A stretch of 64,000 nucleotides of DNA from Hydrogenophaga sp. (GCA_018333605.1 JAGXSV010000023.1:9109-73108); one strand, 5' to 3'; counted from the stretch's first letter, positions 10,098-20,045 are shown. Translations and numbers: made by a program. The notes: generated from the letters alone by a model not told the origin.

Positions 10098-12740
10098 ATG
10101 GGCCCACAAACTCTTAAAACCGCTGGCAGGGGTGAAACTGCCACAGTGAGCACACGTGTGTTCACGCTCTTGCGTCGATGGGTGCAAAAGCCCGCAGCAT
10201 TGCTGGGCGGTTTTGCCCTGTTGTTGTCGACTTCTGTTCTGGTCTCCTGCGGTGGCGGCACAGACACCACCTCCGGCGAGACCTCGGTGCGCCTGGCCCC
10301 CGCGGCGGTCGAGACCGCCAAGGCTGTCGACATGAAAGTGTTGGTCATCTCAGCCACGGGCACCCAGCCCAGTTACAACGCTGTCACGGCCATCCTCGAC
10401 CAGATCGGCGTTCCGCACGACCGCTTTGTGCTGCAGGGTCCCAACAAGACAACGACCCCCTTCGCCCTCTCGGACGGCCTGGGCAATGGCAAATACCAGG
10501 GCATCATCCTGGAAACCGGCGATCTGCCCTATGAGAAGACACCAGGCTACTACCCCAGCGCCATGACCGCCGCCCAATGGCAGATGCTGTGGCAGTACCA
10601 GCGCGACTTTGGCGTGCGCACCGCCACGCTGTACACCCGTGCCGCGCAAACCCTCACGGACGATGGTGTGGCCATCGACCTGACCTACGGCCTCACCCCG
10701 CTGGGTGGGCGCAACACCAACAACTACACCGACACCTGGGTGCCGAACGTCGCGCCCCCCGTCACGGCCGCGTTCACCGCCGAGGGTAGCCAGGTCTTCA
10801 ATTACCTCAACAGCGCCAACCCGGTCTCCATCGTCAACGCCTACACCTATTTCGCCACGCCGGCTGTGGGCGCCCATGTCACGCCGCTGCTGCAGACCAA
10901 CGCCGAGCCCGGTGGGCCCTACACCATCGCCTCGGTCTTCACCGCGCCGGACGGTCGGCAGAACCTGGCCATCACCGCCGACAGCAACGAGAACCTGACC
11001 CACGCCCTGCTCACCGGCTACGGTGTGGTCAACTGGGTCACCAAAGGCCTGTTCATGGGCCAGCGCAAGGTTTACCTCAGTGCCCAGCCCGACGACTTCT
11101 TCATCGAAGACACGGTCTGGAACGCTGGCAGTCCCGATCCAGCTTGCTTGAGTGAGATTGAGATCAACCCTTGCCCGGTTTACCGGATGAATGCGACCGA
11201 CTACAACCGTCTTGTGGCTTGGCAGAACGATCTGCGCAGCCGGCCCCTGACCGGTGACATCCGGATCGAGATGCCCTTCAACGGCTACGGCTACAACCAA
11301 AGCTACACCGGCGACCTGCGCAACACCTTGCTGCCCGCCGTCAAGGCCAACCCCGGTGCCTTTCGCTGGATCAACCACACATGGGATCACAGTTCCCTAA
11401 ACCTGACCGATCCGTACAACAGCAACGTACCTCTGTCGCTCGATCAGATGCTGAGCCAGTTCCAGCGCAACGACGACCTGGCCAAAGGACTGATCGAGCC
11501 CGGCCTGAGCTTCAGCCTGTACCACAAGGAAGCCATGGTGACGCCGGTGTATTCCGGGCTGGAGAACGACACGTTCTGGAACGCGGCGCAGCAGTTCGGT
11601 CTGCGTCACATCGTGATGGACACCTCGCGCACCTACGACTTCCGGCCCACGCTGGCCCCGATCCCCACCAACACCGGTTTTTACAGCCCACGCGATGTCT
11701 TCGTGCCGGCCAACCCGCGCATCTTCATCATCCCGCGCTACCCCACCAACCTGTTCTACAACGTCACCACCCCCACGGAATGGGTGTCGGAGTTCAACTA
11801 CCTCTACGGGGTCACCAACCCCTATTTCCCACCGCCTCCCGGCCAAAGCTCCTGGTTCGGCAAGAACCTGACCTATCCCGAGTTGCTGGACATCGAGTCC
11901 GACACGCTGGTGCGCTACATGCTGCGCTTCAACGCCAACTCCTGGATGTTCCACCAGTCCAACCTGCGGGCCTACGGCAACACCAACGCGTCCCTGATGT
12001 CGGACCTGCTGGACCAGGTCACGAACAAGTACCGGGCCATGTACAACCTGCCCATCCTCAGCCCCAGCCAGGTCGAGATCGGCCAACTCATGCAGGCGCG
12101 CATGGCGTACAACGAAGCGATTGCCGCCGGGCTCAAGGGCCGCATTGTGCTGGGTGCCACGGGCAACACCATCGAACTGACCAACCCAGGCAGCAAAACC
12201 GTTTCCGTGCCCCTGACCGGTGTGGGTTTCGTTCCGGAAGGTGGCCAGGGCGAAATGTATGGCAACCAACAACTCGTGACCCTGCCTCTGGCACCTGGCG
12301 CGACGGTGGTGCTGACACCGCCGCCCGTGGTGGTGGAAACGGATGCGGACCTGGGCATCACCAAGCAGGCCAATGTCACGTCGGTGCGGTCGGGTGGAAG
12401 GTTGACCTTCAACCTCACCATGACCAACACAGGCCCGTTGGCTGTGACCAACGCCCGCTTCTCGGATGTGCTGCCAGCCGGCATGAGCAAACTGACCAAG
12501 GTCACTGTCACCTCCGCCACGGCGGGCGCCAGTGTGTCTTCCCTCGTCAATTCCGGCACCAGCCTCACGGGCTTGTTGACCCTGCCTTCCGGCGGCAGGC
12601 TCGTTCTCGGTTTCGAGGTGACGGCGATCGGCGTCAAGGGCGCATCGCTCACCAATTCGGCCACGGTGTCCGTGCCCACCGGCATCACCGACCCGGTGTT
12701 GTCCAACAACACGGCCACGGCCACGGTCACGATCCGGTAG
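10098..12740 (+). CDS. Lipoprotein with Agd3/CE18-like polysaccharide deacetylase domain and C-terminal DUF11 domain
   Basis: Lipobox LVS-CGGG; motifs QPDDFF, WINHTWDH, PRYPTNLFYN, MFHQSNLR; DUF11 ADLGITKQA...NTGP...NNTAT. The exact start is uncertain. Confidence 0.8.
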   Translation: MGPQTLKTAGRGETATVSTRVFTLLRRWVQKPAALLGGFALLLSTSVLVSCGGGTDTTSGETSVRLAPAAVETAKAVDMKVLVISATGTQPSYNAVTAILDQIGVPHDRFVLQGPNKTTTPFALSDGLGNGKYQGIILETGDLPYEKTPGYYPSAMTAAQWQMLWQYQRDFGVRTATLYTRAAQTLTDDGVAIDLTYGLTPLGGRNTNNYTDTWVPNVAPPVTAAFTAEGSQVFNYLNSANPVSIVNAYTYFATPAVGAHVTPLLQTNAEPGGPYTIASVFTAPDGRQNLAITADSNENLTHALLTGYGVVNWVTKGLFMGQRKVYLSAQPDDFFIEDTVWNAGSPDPACLSEIEINPCPVYRMNATDYNRLVAWQNDLRSRPLTGDIRIEMPFNGYGYNQSYTGDLRNTLLPAVKANPGAFRWINHTWDHSSLNLTDPYNSNVPLSLDQMLSQFQRNDDLAKGLIEPGLSFSLYHKEAMVTPVYSGLENDTFWNAAQQFGLRHIVMDTSRTYDFRPTLAPIPTNTGFYSPRDVFVPANPRIFIIPRYPTNLFYNVTTPTEWVSEFNYLYGVTNPYFPPPPGQSSWFGKNLTYPELLDIESDTLVRYMLRFNANSWMFHQSNLRAYGNTNASLMSDLLDQVTNKYRAMYNLPILSPSQVEIGQLMQARMAYNEAIAAGLKGRIVLGATGNTIELTNPGSKTVSVPLTGVGFVPEGGQGEMYGNQQLVTLPLAPGATVVLTPPPVVVETDADLGITKQANVTSVRSGGRLTFNLTMTNTGPLAVTNARFSDVLPAGMSKLTKVTVTSATAGASVSSLVNSGTSLTGLLTLPSGGRLVLGFEVTAIGVKGASLTNSATVSVPTGITDPVLSNNTATATVTIR

Positions 12741-12786
12741 CGCAGGGCAGCGGCTTCCCTGCCCAGGGCGTGCTGTCTGGCACTAC

Positions 12787-12829
12787 ACAAAACAGGCGGT
12801 CAGGCCCAACGGTCTGACCGCCTTTTTGT
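12787..12829. terminator. Rho-independent terminator
   Basis: AGGCGGTCAG-gcccaacggt-CTGACCGCCT followed by TTTT, with an A-tract upstream. Confidence 0.75.
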
Positions 12830-13250
12830 CGTACGGCCACCGGGCAAGGCCCCGGTTGCGCCCACCAGTGATCAACAAGTTCTGCTGCAGGCGGATCACG
12901 CCCGGCGTGGCATCACGTTCAACCGGGTCAGGGCGACTGGGCGTGGGGCAGCGCCCCCGTTCTCGCCAAGATGCTTCGCTGGCGGTTTTGCCGAACCCAT
13001 CGGCCCGTCGTTCAGCCCCGTCACCGCCCCCGTGCCCCGTTGCCATCCCCGCGCTGCTTCGGCAGCCCGGTCGTCAGGCAACACCCCGCGGTCCTGAGCA
13101 AAGCCCGCCCCGGCGTCCTTGACCCGGTGCGCGCCTCCGTCCGCGTGGCGGTTCAGGCGCTACACCACGCACGCTTTCAGGCTCAACGCGGTCGGCATCG
13201 GCGCCATCCCAATCCACAAGCCCAGCCCTTCAGGCCGTGCAAGCACCAGC

Positions 13251-13303
13251 CAGAAAGCAGAAAGCAGAAAGCAGAAAGGCGACCCGAAGGCCGCCTTTCT
13301 GCT
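13251..13303. repeat. (CAGAAAG)x4 tandem repeat merged into a terminator hairpin
   Basis: Copies at 13251, 13258, 13265 and 13272. The arm AGCAGAAAGGCG (13270-13281) pairs with CGCCTTTCTGCT (13292-13303). Confidence 0.8.
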
Positions 13304-13356
13304 TGTGTCGCTAAAACAACCGCCTGGGCACCCGGCCCAGAGCGGTGGTGTGGGCG

Positions 13357-16300
13357 TCAGTGCCGTGCCTGACGCTGCCGACGAACCGAGGCCAGACCGC
13401 CACCGAGCAGCAACAGGAGCAGCAAGGGATCGAAGGCGGCATCCGGGTTGGTGGTGCAACCCCCTCCGCCGCCACTTGAGGCGACCGTTTCGGCCTCCAC
13501 GCTCATCGAGGCGCTGGCGCTGTTGTTGGCGGTGTTGCTTTCCACCGCCGTGGTGGCCACCTTGCTGGTCGCGGTCAGGCTGCCCGAGGCCGGCAGGGTG
13601 ACGGTGATGGCTTGCGGCGGGGAGCTGGCGCCCGGTGCGAGGTTGCCGATGTTGAAGGTCTGTGCCGGTGCCCCGTTGGAGAACGTGACGCTGCCCGTGA
13701 CGGCGGTGGCCATGGCGGCCGACGGGCCCGTAGCGCTGTTGGTGAAGACGACCGTGCCACGCACCACCGAGCTGGCGGGCGCGGAGGTGGGCAGGGTGAT
13801 CTGGGTCGTCACGTCAGCGTACTGCAGCGTCAGCGCATTGGAGGTGGCACCGTTGTTGGTGGTGTTGCTCTCCACGGCGGTGGTCGAAGCCGATGCCGCC
13901 AGCGTGAGGGACGGCCCACTGGTGGGGACCGCCACGTTGAAGCTGCGCTGAGCGGTTCCGGTGGTCGCTGCAAGGTTACCGAAATCCAGGCTGAGCGTCG
14001 TGCCGCCGGGCAGTGTCACCGTGCCCTTGACGCCGGTGGCGATGCCGGCACCGATGTTGTTCACCGTCATGGTGCCAGAGACCGTGGAGCCGGCCACGGC
14101 ACTGGGAGGCAGTGCCAGCGAGGCGGTCAGGTCGGGCACGACCACGCTGAGTGATCGCGCCGCGGTGTTGTTGGCAGGGTTCGGATCGAAACGGTCGCTT
14201 GGTGCGGCGAGCGTCGCCTGGTTGGTGAGGGTCGACGCGGCCGTGGAGCTGACTTTTGCACGGAAAGTCACCTGGGCCTGGGCTCCCACGGGCAGGCTGA
14301 CCAATCCGCTGATGGCCGCGTTGCCAATGTTGAAGCTGGCGGTGGTGGCGCCGCCACTGACGGCGCTGACCACCTGGGTGATCGTGCCCAGGCCGGCTGG
14401 CAAGGTGTTGGCGAACCTGGCGTTGGTCACTGGGGCCGGACCTGCATTGGACATGGTCAACGTGAAGCTGACCGTGCCACCGAGGGCCGGGGTGCTGGTG
14501 CTGGCGGTCTGGTTGATGGCCAGGTCTGCTTCGAGCTTCGCGCCCCAGGATTCGGGAGCGGGTGCCGTGACGGTCTGCCCTGGTGCCACCACAATGCTGG
14601 CCACGAGTTGGTTGCCATAGGCCGTACCGTTGTACAGCGATCCCGACAAGGGGACGGTGATGGCGCTTGCCGTTGGGTTGCGGAATTCCAGTGTGACGTT
14701 TGGCACGCCCGTGAACAGGATGCGTCCCTTCAGGCCGCTGGACAAAGCCGTTTGATAGGCCAAGCGTTGCTGGATGATCAGGCCCAGTTCGTGCAGGCTC
14801 GGGCTTTTGATTGGCAGGTTCAGGTGGGCGTTGTACTTGCTGATCGTCATGTCGATCAGGTCGGACAGGAGCGAACGGTTGCGGTCAACTGTGGGCAAGG
14901 CTGTGTTCCCCGACTGGTAGGCACGCAGGTTTGCCTGGTGGAACATCAGCGGGTAGGGGTCGTAGCGCAGCAGGTAGCTCAGCCAGACGTTCGATTCGAA
15001 GTCCAGGATCTGCTCGTACGTTCTGTCGGTCGGAAAGCGTTGCTCCGGGGGCAAGGTGCCGCCGGGCCCGTAGAAATAGTTGTACTCATCCACCCATTCA
15101 GCCGGGGTGGACACGTTGTAGAAGAGGTTGGTGGGGTAACGCGGCATGATGAACAGCTGCGGCGAACGGCTGTCGACATACCCTCCGAACGTCGGGATCG
15201 GATCGCAGGGCGGTAACCGGGTACTGCCAGAGAGGGTGGGGCGGAACGTCAGGTAGCACTTCGAAGTGTCCATGACGATGTGGCGCAGGCCGTAGGTGTT
15301 GGCGGCGCTGTAAAAGGCGGCGTTTTCCAGGCCCGAAATCTCGGGGTTGATGAAACTGTCCCTGAAATAATCGACGCCTTCGGTCAAACCCAGCAGGCCG
15401 GCCACACGGTGGTTTTCATTGAGCTCGCTCAGGATCGTTGCCGCCGTTGTTGGGCTGTCCATGTTGGCATGGGCGTAGGCGTGGTTGATCCAGCGGAAAT
15501 CTTTGCGCACGATGCTTTGCTTGACGGCAGCCGTCAGCGGATCGTTGGCGGGATACAGATAGCTTTCGGGTCGGGTTTCGCCGCCCAGGCCGGCACCGTT
15601 GAAGGGCATTTCAAGGCGGATGGCCGCTTGATTCGGGTTGCTGCGCAAACCGTTTTGCCATGCGACCAGCCGGTTCCAGTCGTCTGCAGACGTTCGGTAT
15701 GTTCCGCCGTTGGCGTTGGTGTCGGGGTTCCAGATGTCACTCCCACTCAGCACATCGTCGGGCTGGGCGAGCAGATAGGACGAGCGCTCGCCCATGTAGA
15801 CGCCCTTGGTGAGCCAGTTGACCATGCCCGGCCCCAGCAGCCAGACATGGTTCAGGTTGGGGTTTGACGCCAGGTTCAGGCCCAGGGTCTGCCGCCCATC
15901 GGCCTCAGTGAAAACGGAAGCCACAATGAAGCCGCTGTTTTCCAGCAAGACATCAAGTTTTTCGCCTGCATTCAGTGTGGCTGGCGTGGACTGGAGCCAG
16001 TACGTCCGGATGAAATCTACCGGCCGCGTCAGATTGAGGTAGTCAAATACCTGCTTGCCCGCGTCGGTCAGGGTGGCTTTCATGGGGGTCTCGGCGATCG
16101 AGACGCCGCCGACGGGCGTCTGTCCGAATGAGAAGGGGTCGTAGGGATTTTGGTACATCACCACCTGACGTACCCCGAAATTGATCTGGTACTGCGCCAA
16201 CTGCGCCCACTGTCCTGCCGCGAGGGTGGAAACCCCGCCGATGTCCAGCGTGTCGGTTTCCAGCAGGAAGCCCTGGTACTTTCCATTGCCGTTGCCGTCC

Positions 16301-16656
16301 GACAAGGCGTTCAGAGCGGCTGCTGTCGCGGTCGGGTTTGTGCTCGTGATCAGGACGTCAAAGGGGACGCCCAGCTTTTCCAGCAAGGCCTTGGGGGCGT
16401 CGATCAGGTCGGGATTGCCCTGCGCCGAGAGGAGCAGGATGCGCATGTCCACCGACTGCCGGGTTTCGGTGATGGCGGCCTTGGACAGGCGTGCCTCGCT
16501 ACCGCCCGCGGGCGTTGCACCATCGCCACCGCCACAGGCGGCCAGCAACATGGACAGCCCGAAGGCCATGAGGAGCCAAGCCCCAGTGGCGCGTAACGAA
16601 GCCCAGCGGACACTGCCGCCGCGACGGAGCTGAGTGAAAGAATTAAGGGCAGACAT
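13357..16656 (-). CDS. Lipoprotein with Agd3/CE18-like deacetylase domain, about 3 DUF11/Ig-like repeats and a C-terminal sorting signal (JDVT-CTERM-like)
   Basis: Lipobox LAA-CGGG; QPDDVL, WINHAYAH, PRYPTNLFYN, MFHQANLR; repeated TTAVESNTxNN; tail GGGGGCTT...FDPLLLLLLLGGGLASVRRQR. Confidence 0.8.
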   Translation of the reverse strand: MSALNSFTQLRRGGSVRWASLRATGAWLLMAFGLSMLLAACGGGDGATPAGGSEARLSKAAITETRQSVDMRILLLSAQGNPDLIDAPKALLEKLGVPFDVLITSTNPTATAAALNALSDGNGNGKYQGFLLETDTLDIGGVSTLAAGQWAQLAQYQINFGVRQVVMYQNPYDPFSFGQTPVGGVSIAETPMKATLTDAGKQVFDYLNLTRPVDFIRTYWLQSTPATLNAGEKLDVLLENSGFIVASVFTEADGRQTLGLNLASNPNLNHVWLLGPGMVNWLTKGVYMGERSSYLLAQPDDVLSGSDIWNPDTNANGGTYRTSADDWNRLVAWQNGLRSNPNQAAIRLEMPFNGAGLGGETRPESYLYPANDPLTAAVKQSIVRKDFRWINHAYAHANMDSPTTAATILSELNENHRVAGLLGLTEGVDYFRDSFINPEISGLENAAFYSAANTYGLRHIVMDTSKCYLTFRPTLSGSTRLPPCDPIPTFGGYVDSRSPQLFIMPRYPTNLFYNVSTPAEWVDEYNYFYGPGGTLPPEQRFPTDRTYEQILDFESNVWLSYLLRYDPYPLMFHQANLRAYQSGNTALPTVDRNRSLLSDLIDMTISKYNAHLNLPIKSPSLHELGLIIQQRLAYQTALSSGLKGRILFTGVPNVTLEFRNPTASAITVPLSGSLYNGTAYGNQLVASIVVAPGQTVTAPAPESWGAKLEADLAINQTASTSTPALGGTVSFTLTMSNAGPAPVTNARFANTLPAGLGTITQVVSAVSGGATTASFNIGNAAISGLVSLPVGAQAQVTFRAKVSSTAASTLTNQATLAAPSDRFDPNPANNTAARSLSVVVPDLTASLALPPSAVAGSTVSGTMTVNNIGAGIATGVKGTVTLPGGTTLSLDFGNLAATTGTAQRSFNVAVPTSGPSLTLAASASTTAVESNTTNNGATSNALTLQYADVTTQITLPTSAPASSVVRGTVVFTNSATGPSAAMATAVTGSVTFSNGAPAQTFNIGNLAPGASSPPQAITVTLPASGSLTATSKVATTAVESNTANNSASASMSVEAETVASSGGGGGCTTNPDAAFDPLLLLLLLGGGLASVRRQRQARH

Positions 16657-16708
16657 GGTCAATCCTGTGAAAGTCGGTAAGCGGTGACGGTGAGCGAGGA
16701 AGCCGCCC

Positions 16709-17008
16709 TTATTTCGGGATGATGACGTGCTTGGGCGGGATCACCGGCTGGTAGTTGCCGCGCTCTGGCTTGACCGGTCCCCGCCGGACTTCCCGATGCT
16801 TGTGGGCGTTTGGCGGCTTGCGCTCCACACCCGGGGTGGTGCCGGTGACTTCTGCAGGGCGGTCTTGCCCGGCTGCCGCCTGGGGTGCGGCCTGATCGGC
16901 TAGCGGCGGCGCTGGGGCGGCCAAGGCACCCCCCAAGGCGACGCTGGCCAGGAAGCCGATGACGAGGTGGCGGGGTGCCAAGGGCACGCCCTTCAGAGGT
17001 GATTGCAT
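16709..17008 (-). CDS. Small secreted Pro/His-rich protein (paralogue of 9771-10043)
   Basis: Hidden at the end of a spurious 575-aa ORF. RBS GGGAG before ATG 17008; MQSPLKG..., signal peptide ending ALA-A; HKHREVRRGPVKPERGNYQPVIPP. Confidence 0.65.
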   Translation of the reverse strand: MQSPLKGVPLAPRHLVIGFLASVALGGALAAPAPPLADQAAPQAAAGQDRPAEVTGTTPGVERKPPNAHKHREVRRGPVKPERGNYQPVIPPKHVIIPK

Positions 17009-17160
17009 GTGAAAACTCCCAAAAAAAACGGCCTCGGCTGGCTGCGGGAACACGGCGGCAAGTGCCGGTGGCATGTGCTTGTGGTGGAAAAACCCGAATG
17101 AGGCTAAATAGATTACAGGTTTGAGTGTAGGTGTCAAATGGAAAGAGGGGTGACCGCTCG

Positions 17161-18537
17161 TCAATCCAGTTTTTGTAGCATGAAAGTATCGTATTCCAGA
17201 AATTTCAGGCGTCTGGTCAGCATCAGCAGGCTCACGGCTGCCGTGAGGGCCATGGCCAGGGTGAAGCCGAGGCCGTAGTAAGCCTGGCCCAGGGGCATCA
17301 ACAGCCCGGTCAGGGTGGCGTTGCTGAGCAGGAAAATGAGGCAGACCTTCAGGGCGTCGCCGCGTTTGTCGAGGTAATAGAACACGTTGAGTACCGACAT
17401 GAACAGCAACTGCAGGGCGACGCCGATCAGGTGCAGGTTCAGGATGCGGTGGTCCATGTCGGTGATGCCCAGGGCGGGCAGGATGTCGCCCGCCATCACC
17501 AGCAGAATCAGGGTGACGGCGCCTTGCACCTTGATCACGGTCATGAGGCCGGCTTGCACGCTTTCGACCAGGGCTTCTTTGGCTTGCTGCAGCTCGCGCA
17601 GGGAGCCGCCGTTTTTGATGGTGCTGAAGAAGCGCTCGCAGTGTTCGGCGAAGTCGGCTTCCATGCGGATCAGGAACACGGCCATGCCGGGAATGAGCGA
17701 CAGGTAGCTCAGAAAAATGGGCAGGTCGTACAGGGGTGATGCGCGCAGCGACGTGGTGATGTGGATGCCCGTGTCCGGATGGAGCCAGAAGATGAATTTG
17801 TCGATCCAGACGCCCAGGTTGTAGAACAGGCCGGTGGCGATGAGGCTGGGGTAGATCTGGGATTTTTGGAGGAAACCGAAGGCCAGCAGCCCGTTGGACG
17901 GGTAGGCGGTGATCACCATCGAGAGCAGGGAGAAGAGCAGCACGGCCTGGCCGATGACGAAGCCCATGAGCAGGCCTTCCACACCCAGGGCGCGCAGCAG
18001 GTAGGCCATGGCCACGGTGACGCTGTAGCCGATCAGGAAAACGAGCAGGACTTTTTTGTAGGCCTTGATGGCCGAGGCAAAGATGACCACGATCCAGATG
18101 GCGTTGAGGATCACGAAGGCCATGAACATGGTGGCCCGGTAAAACAGGCTGCCGCCAAGCCAGAAGGTGACCGCAAGCAGGGCCAGCGACCCGGACACGG
18201 CAATGGTGAGCAACAAGGCGCCGAACAGGTTGGGCAGCACCACGTCGGTGTGGCCGTCGAACAGCCGGTCGGCAATGAACCGGGTGAACATGAGTTGCAG
18301 AAGGCCCGACAGGATGAGCGAGAACGCCATCAGGTAGGTCAGGGACACCTGGAAGGTGCTGACAAAAACGGACCCGCCCTGACCGCTGGCGCTGAGCACG
18401 GCAATGGCCAGGATCGCCACGATGGAGAGCACCCACGGGCCACTGCCGATGACGGCGGAGAACACGTAGGCTTGCAGCTTCCCGCTCAGGGACTCTTTCT
18501 GGAGCAGTCGCCGCAATTCGAAACCAATGCCAGCCAT
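17161..18537 (-). CDS. pelG: Pel polysaccharide inner-membrane transporter PelG
   Basis: MAGIGFELRR start, GPWVLSI, TRFIADRLF, GVWIDKFIFW, YYLDKR; TGATG overlap with pelF. Confidence 0.95.
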   Translation of the reverse strand: MAGIGFELRRLLQKESLSGKLQAYVFSAVIGSGPWVLSIVAILAIAVLSASGQGGSVFVSTFQVSLTYLMAFSLILSGLLQLMFTRFIADRLFDGHTDVVLPNLFGALLLTIAVSGSLALLAVTFWLGGSLFYRATMFMAFVILNAIWIVVIFASAIKAYKKVLLVFLIGYSVTVAMAYLLRALGVEGLLMGFVIGQAVLLFSLLSMVITAYPSNGLLAFGFLQKSQIYPSLIATGLFYNLGVWIDKFIFWLHPDTGIHITTSLRASPLYDLPIFLSYLSLIPGMAVFLIRMEADFAEHCERFFSTIKNGGSLRELQQAKEALVESVQAGLMTVIKVQGAVTLILLVMAGDILPALGITDMDHRILNLHLIGVALQLLFMSVLNVFYYLDKRGDALKVCLIFLLSNATLTGLLMPLGQAYYGLGFTLAMALTAAVSLLMLTRRLKFLEYDTFMLQKLD

Positions 18538-20045
18538 CAGCTTACCCCTGCTTCCCGGTAGATGCTGCGGTAGTGGTCGATCACGAAGGATTGCTGGTAG
18601 TAGCGTTCCACACGGGCAATGCCGGCCTGTTGCGCGGCTTTCCATCGGGCCGGATCGTTGAACAGGGCAAAGGCGGCTTGTGCCATGGCGTCGTGGTCCA
18701 CCATGGGCACCACCACACCGGCACTGCCGAGGGCCCGGTCTTCAGGTTCGGCGCCGTAGATCAGGTCGCGGCAGGCCCCCACGTCGGTGGTCAAGGCGGG
18801 GAGTCCGCTGGCAAAACCTTCCAGCAAGACCAGGGGAAAGGCCTCGCTGATGGAGGTGAGCACCATCAGGCCCAGTTGAGGCAGGACGTCTTGCACTTTC
18901 TGAAAGCCCATGAAGCGGATGTGTTTTTCCAGCTTCAGGCTTTCCACCAGGTCCCGGCACTCGTCCACATACAGCGGGTCTTCTTCTTCCGGGCCGATCA
19001 ACCAGCCTTCCACGTCGGGCATGCGGGTGGCCAGCACGCCCACACAGCGGATGAAGGTCTTGATGTCCTTGATGGGCACGATGCGGCCGATGAGCCCCAG
19101 CACCCGGGGCGTGGTGGCCGCCCGTTGCCCGCGGAGGTGCACGAACTGGGTCACGTCCACGCCGTTGGGAATGATGCGGGTGCGGCTGGGGTCGGCGCCA
19201 TCGTGGACTTGCCGCTGACGGTTCAGTTCGTAGAGCGAAATGATGGGGTCGGACGCCTGGTAAACGAGACGGCCAACGCCTTCAAACATGCGCACCCACG
19301 ACTGGTGATGGTGTTCCATGCCGGCTTCGGGCACGTTGGACAGCCCGGGCGGTGTCTCCCGCAGAAACCGGGACTGCAACTCGATCTTGCGTTCCTTGGT
19401 GTAGATGCCGTGTTCGGTCAGGATGAGCGGGCATACGTTGATCTGGCGCAACATGACGCCCAGCAGGCCGGCGTAACCGGTGGTCACGGTGTGGATGGCC
19501 TTGCCGGGTTTGATGCCTCGTGCGATGGACGACAACTTCAGCAAAGGGGCATGCATGTTGCGAACCGACCAGAAGTAGGCCTGAAAGGAGGCGTCGGGAC
19601 AAAACTGGTTGTAGCTCTTTTTGATTTGCTCCCAGGCGGCGTGGCTGAAGAAGAAATTGCGGGTGTAGCCGTTGTCGACCGAGCCTTCCTGGAGCAGCAC
19701 CCGCTCGACCCAGCCGGGATCGGGTTTGCCGACCGGGCATCTGAACCAGTCGTGCAGTTTTTCGCTGTCTCGGAAAAACGCGGGATCGCCCTGCCGTTCT
19801 TCGGGCTCGCCGACATTCAGGTCTTCCATCAGGTAATGGCACTGAAGATCGATCACGTTGGAAGGCATGCTGTAGCGCAGGACTTCTTCATCCGGTCGCT
19901 CTGCGCCCAGGTACACCAGCGCAAACGTGATGTCGGGCATGCCTTCGATCAGCTGGTGCACCCACCCGGATACCCCCCCACGAACAAAGGGGTAGGTGCC
20001 TTCAAGCAGCAAGGTGATGTCGGGTTCAAGGGCTGGATCGGACAC
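18537..20045 (-). CDS. pelF: Pel glycosyltransferase PelF (GT4)
   Basis: LLLEGTYPFVRGGVSGW, LTEHGIYTKER, RIVPIKDIKTFIR, SISEAFPLVLLE; GTG start after GGAAGGAG. Confidence 0.95.
   Translation of the reverse strand: MSDPALEPDITLLLEGTYPFVRGGVSGWVHQLIEGMPDITFALVYLGAERPDEEVLRYSMPSNVIDLQCHYLMEDLNVGEPEERQGDPAFFRDSEKLHDWFRCPVGKPDPGWVERVLLQEGSVDNGYTRNFFFSHAAWEQIKKSYNQFCPDASFQAYFWSVRNMHAPLLKLSSIARGIKPGKAIHTVTTGYAGLLGVMLRQINVCPLILTEHGIYTKERKIELQSRFLRETPPGLSNVPEAGMEHHHQSWVRMFEGVGRLVYQASDPIISLYELNRQRQVHDGADPSRTRIIPNGVDVTQFVHLRGQRAATTPRVLGLIGRIVPIKDIKTFIRCVGVLATRMPDVEGWLIGPEEEDPLYVDECRDLVESLKLEKHIRFMGFQKVQDVLPQLGLMVLTSISEAFPLVLLEGFASGLPALTTDVGACRDLIYGAEPEDRALGSAGVVVPMVDHDAMAQAAFALFNDPARWKAAQQAGIARVERYYQQSFVIDHYRSIYREAGVS

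Noticed and set aside
12830-13250. Possible ncRNA or small gene between the convergent CE18-like genes
   Set aside because: No recognisable RNA motif or credible ORF by eye. An Rfam/Infernal search would be needed.
16709-18436. 575-aa minus-strand ORF
   Set aside because: It is mostly an alternative frame of pelG. Only the last 99 codons (from ATG 17008, with an RBS) look real.
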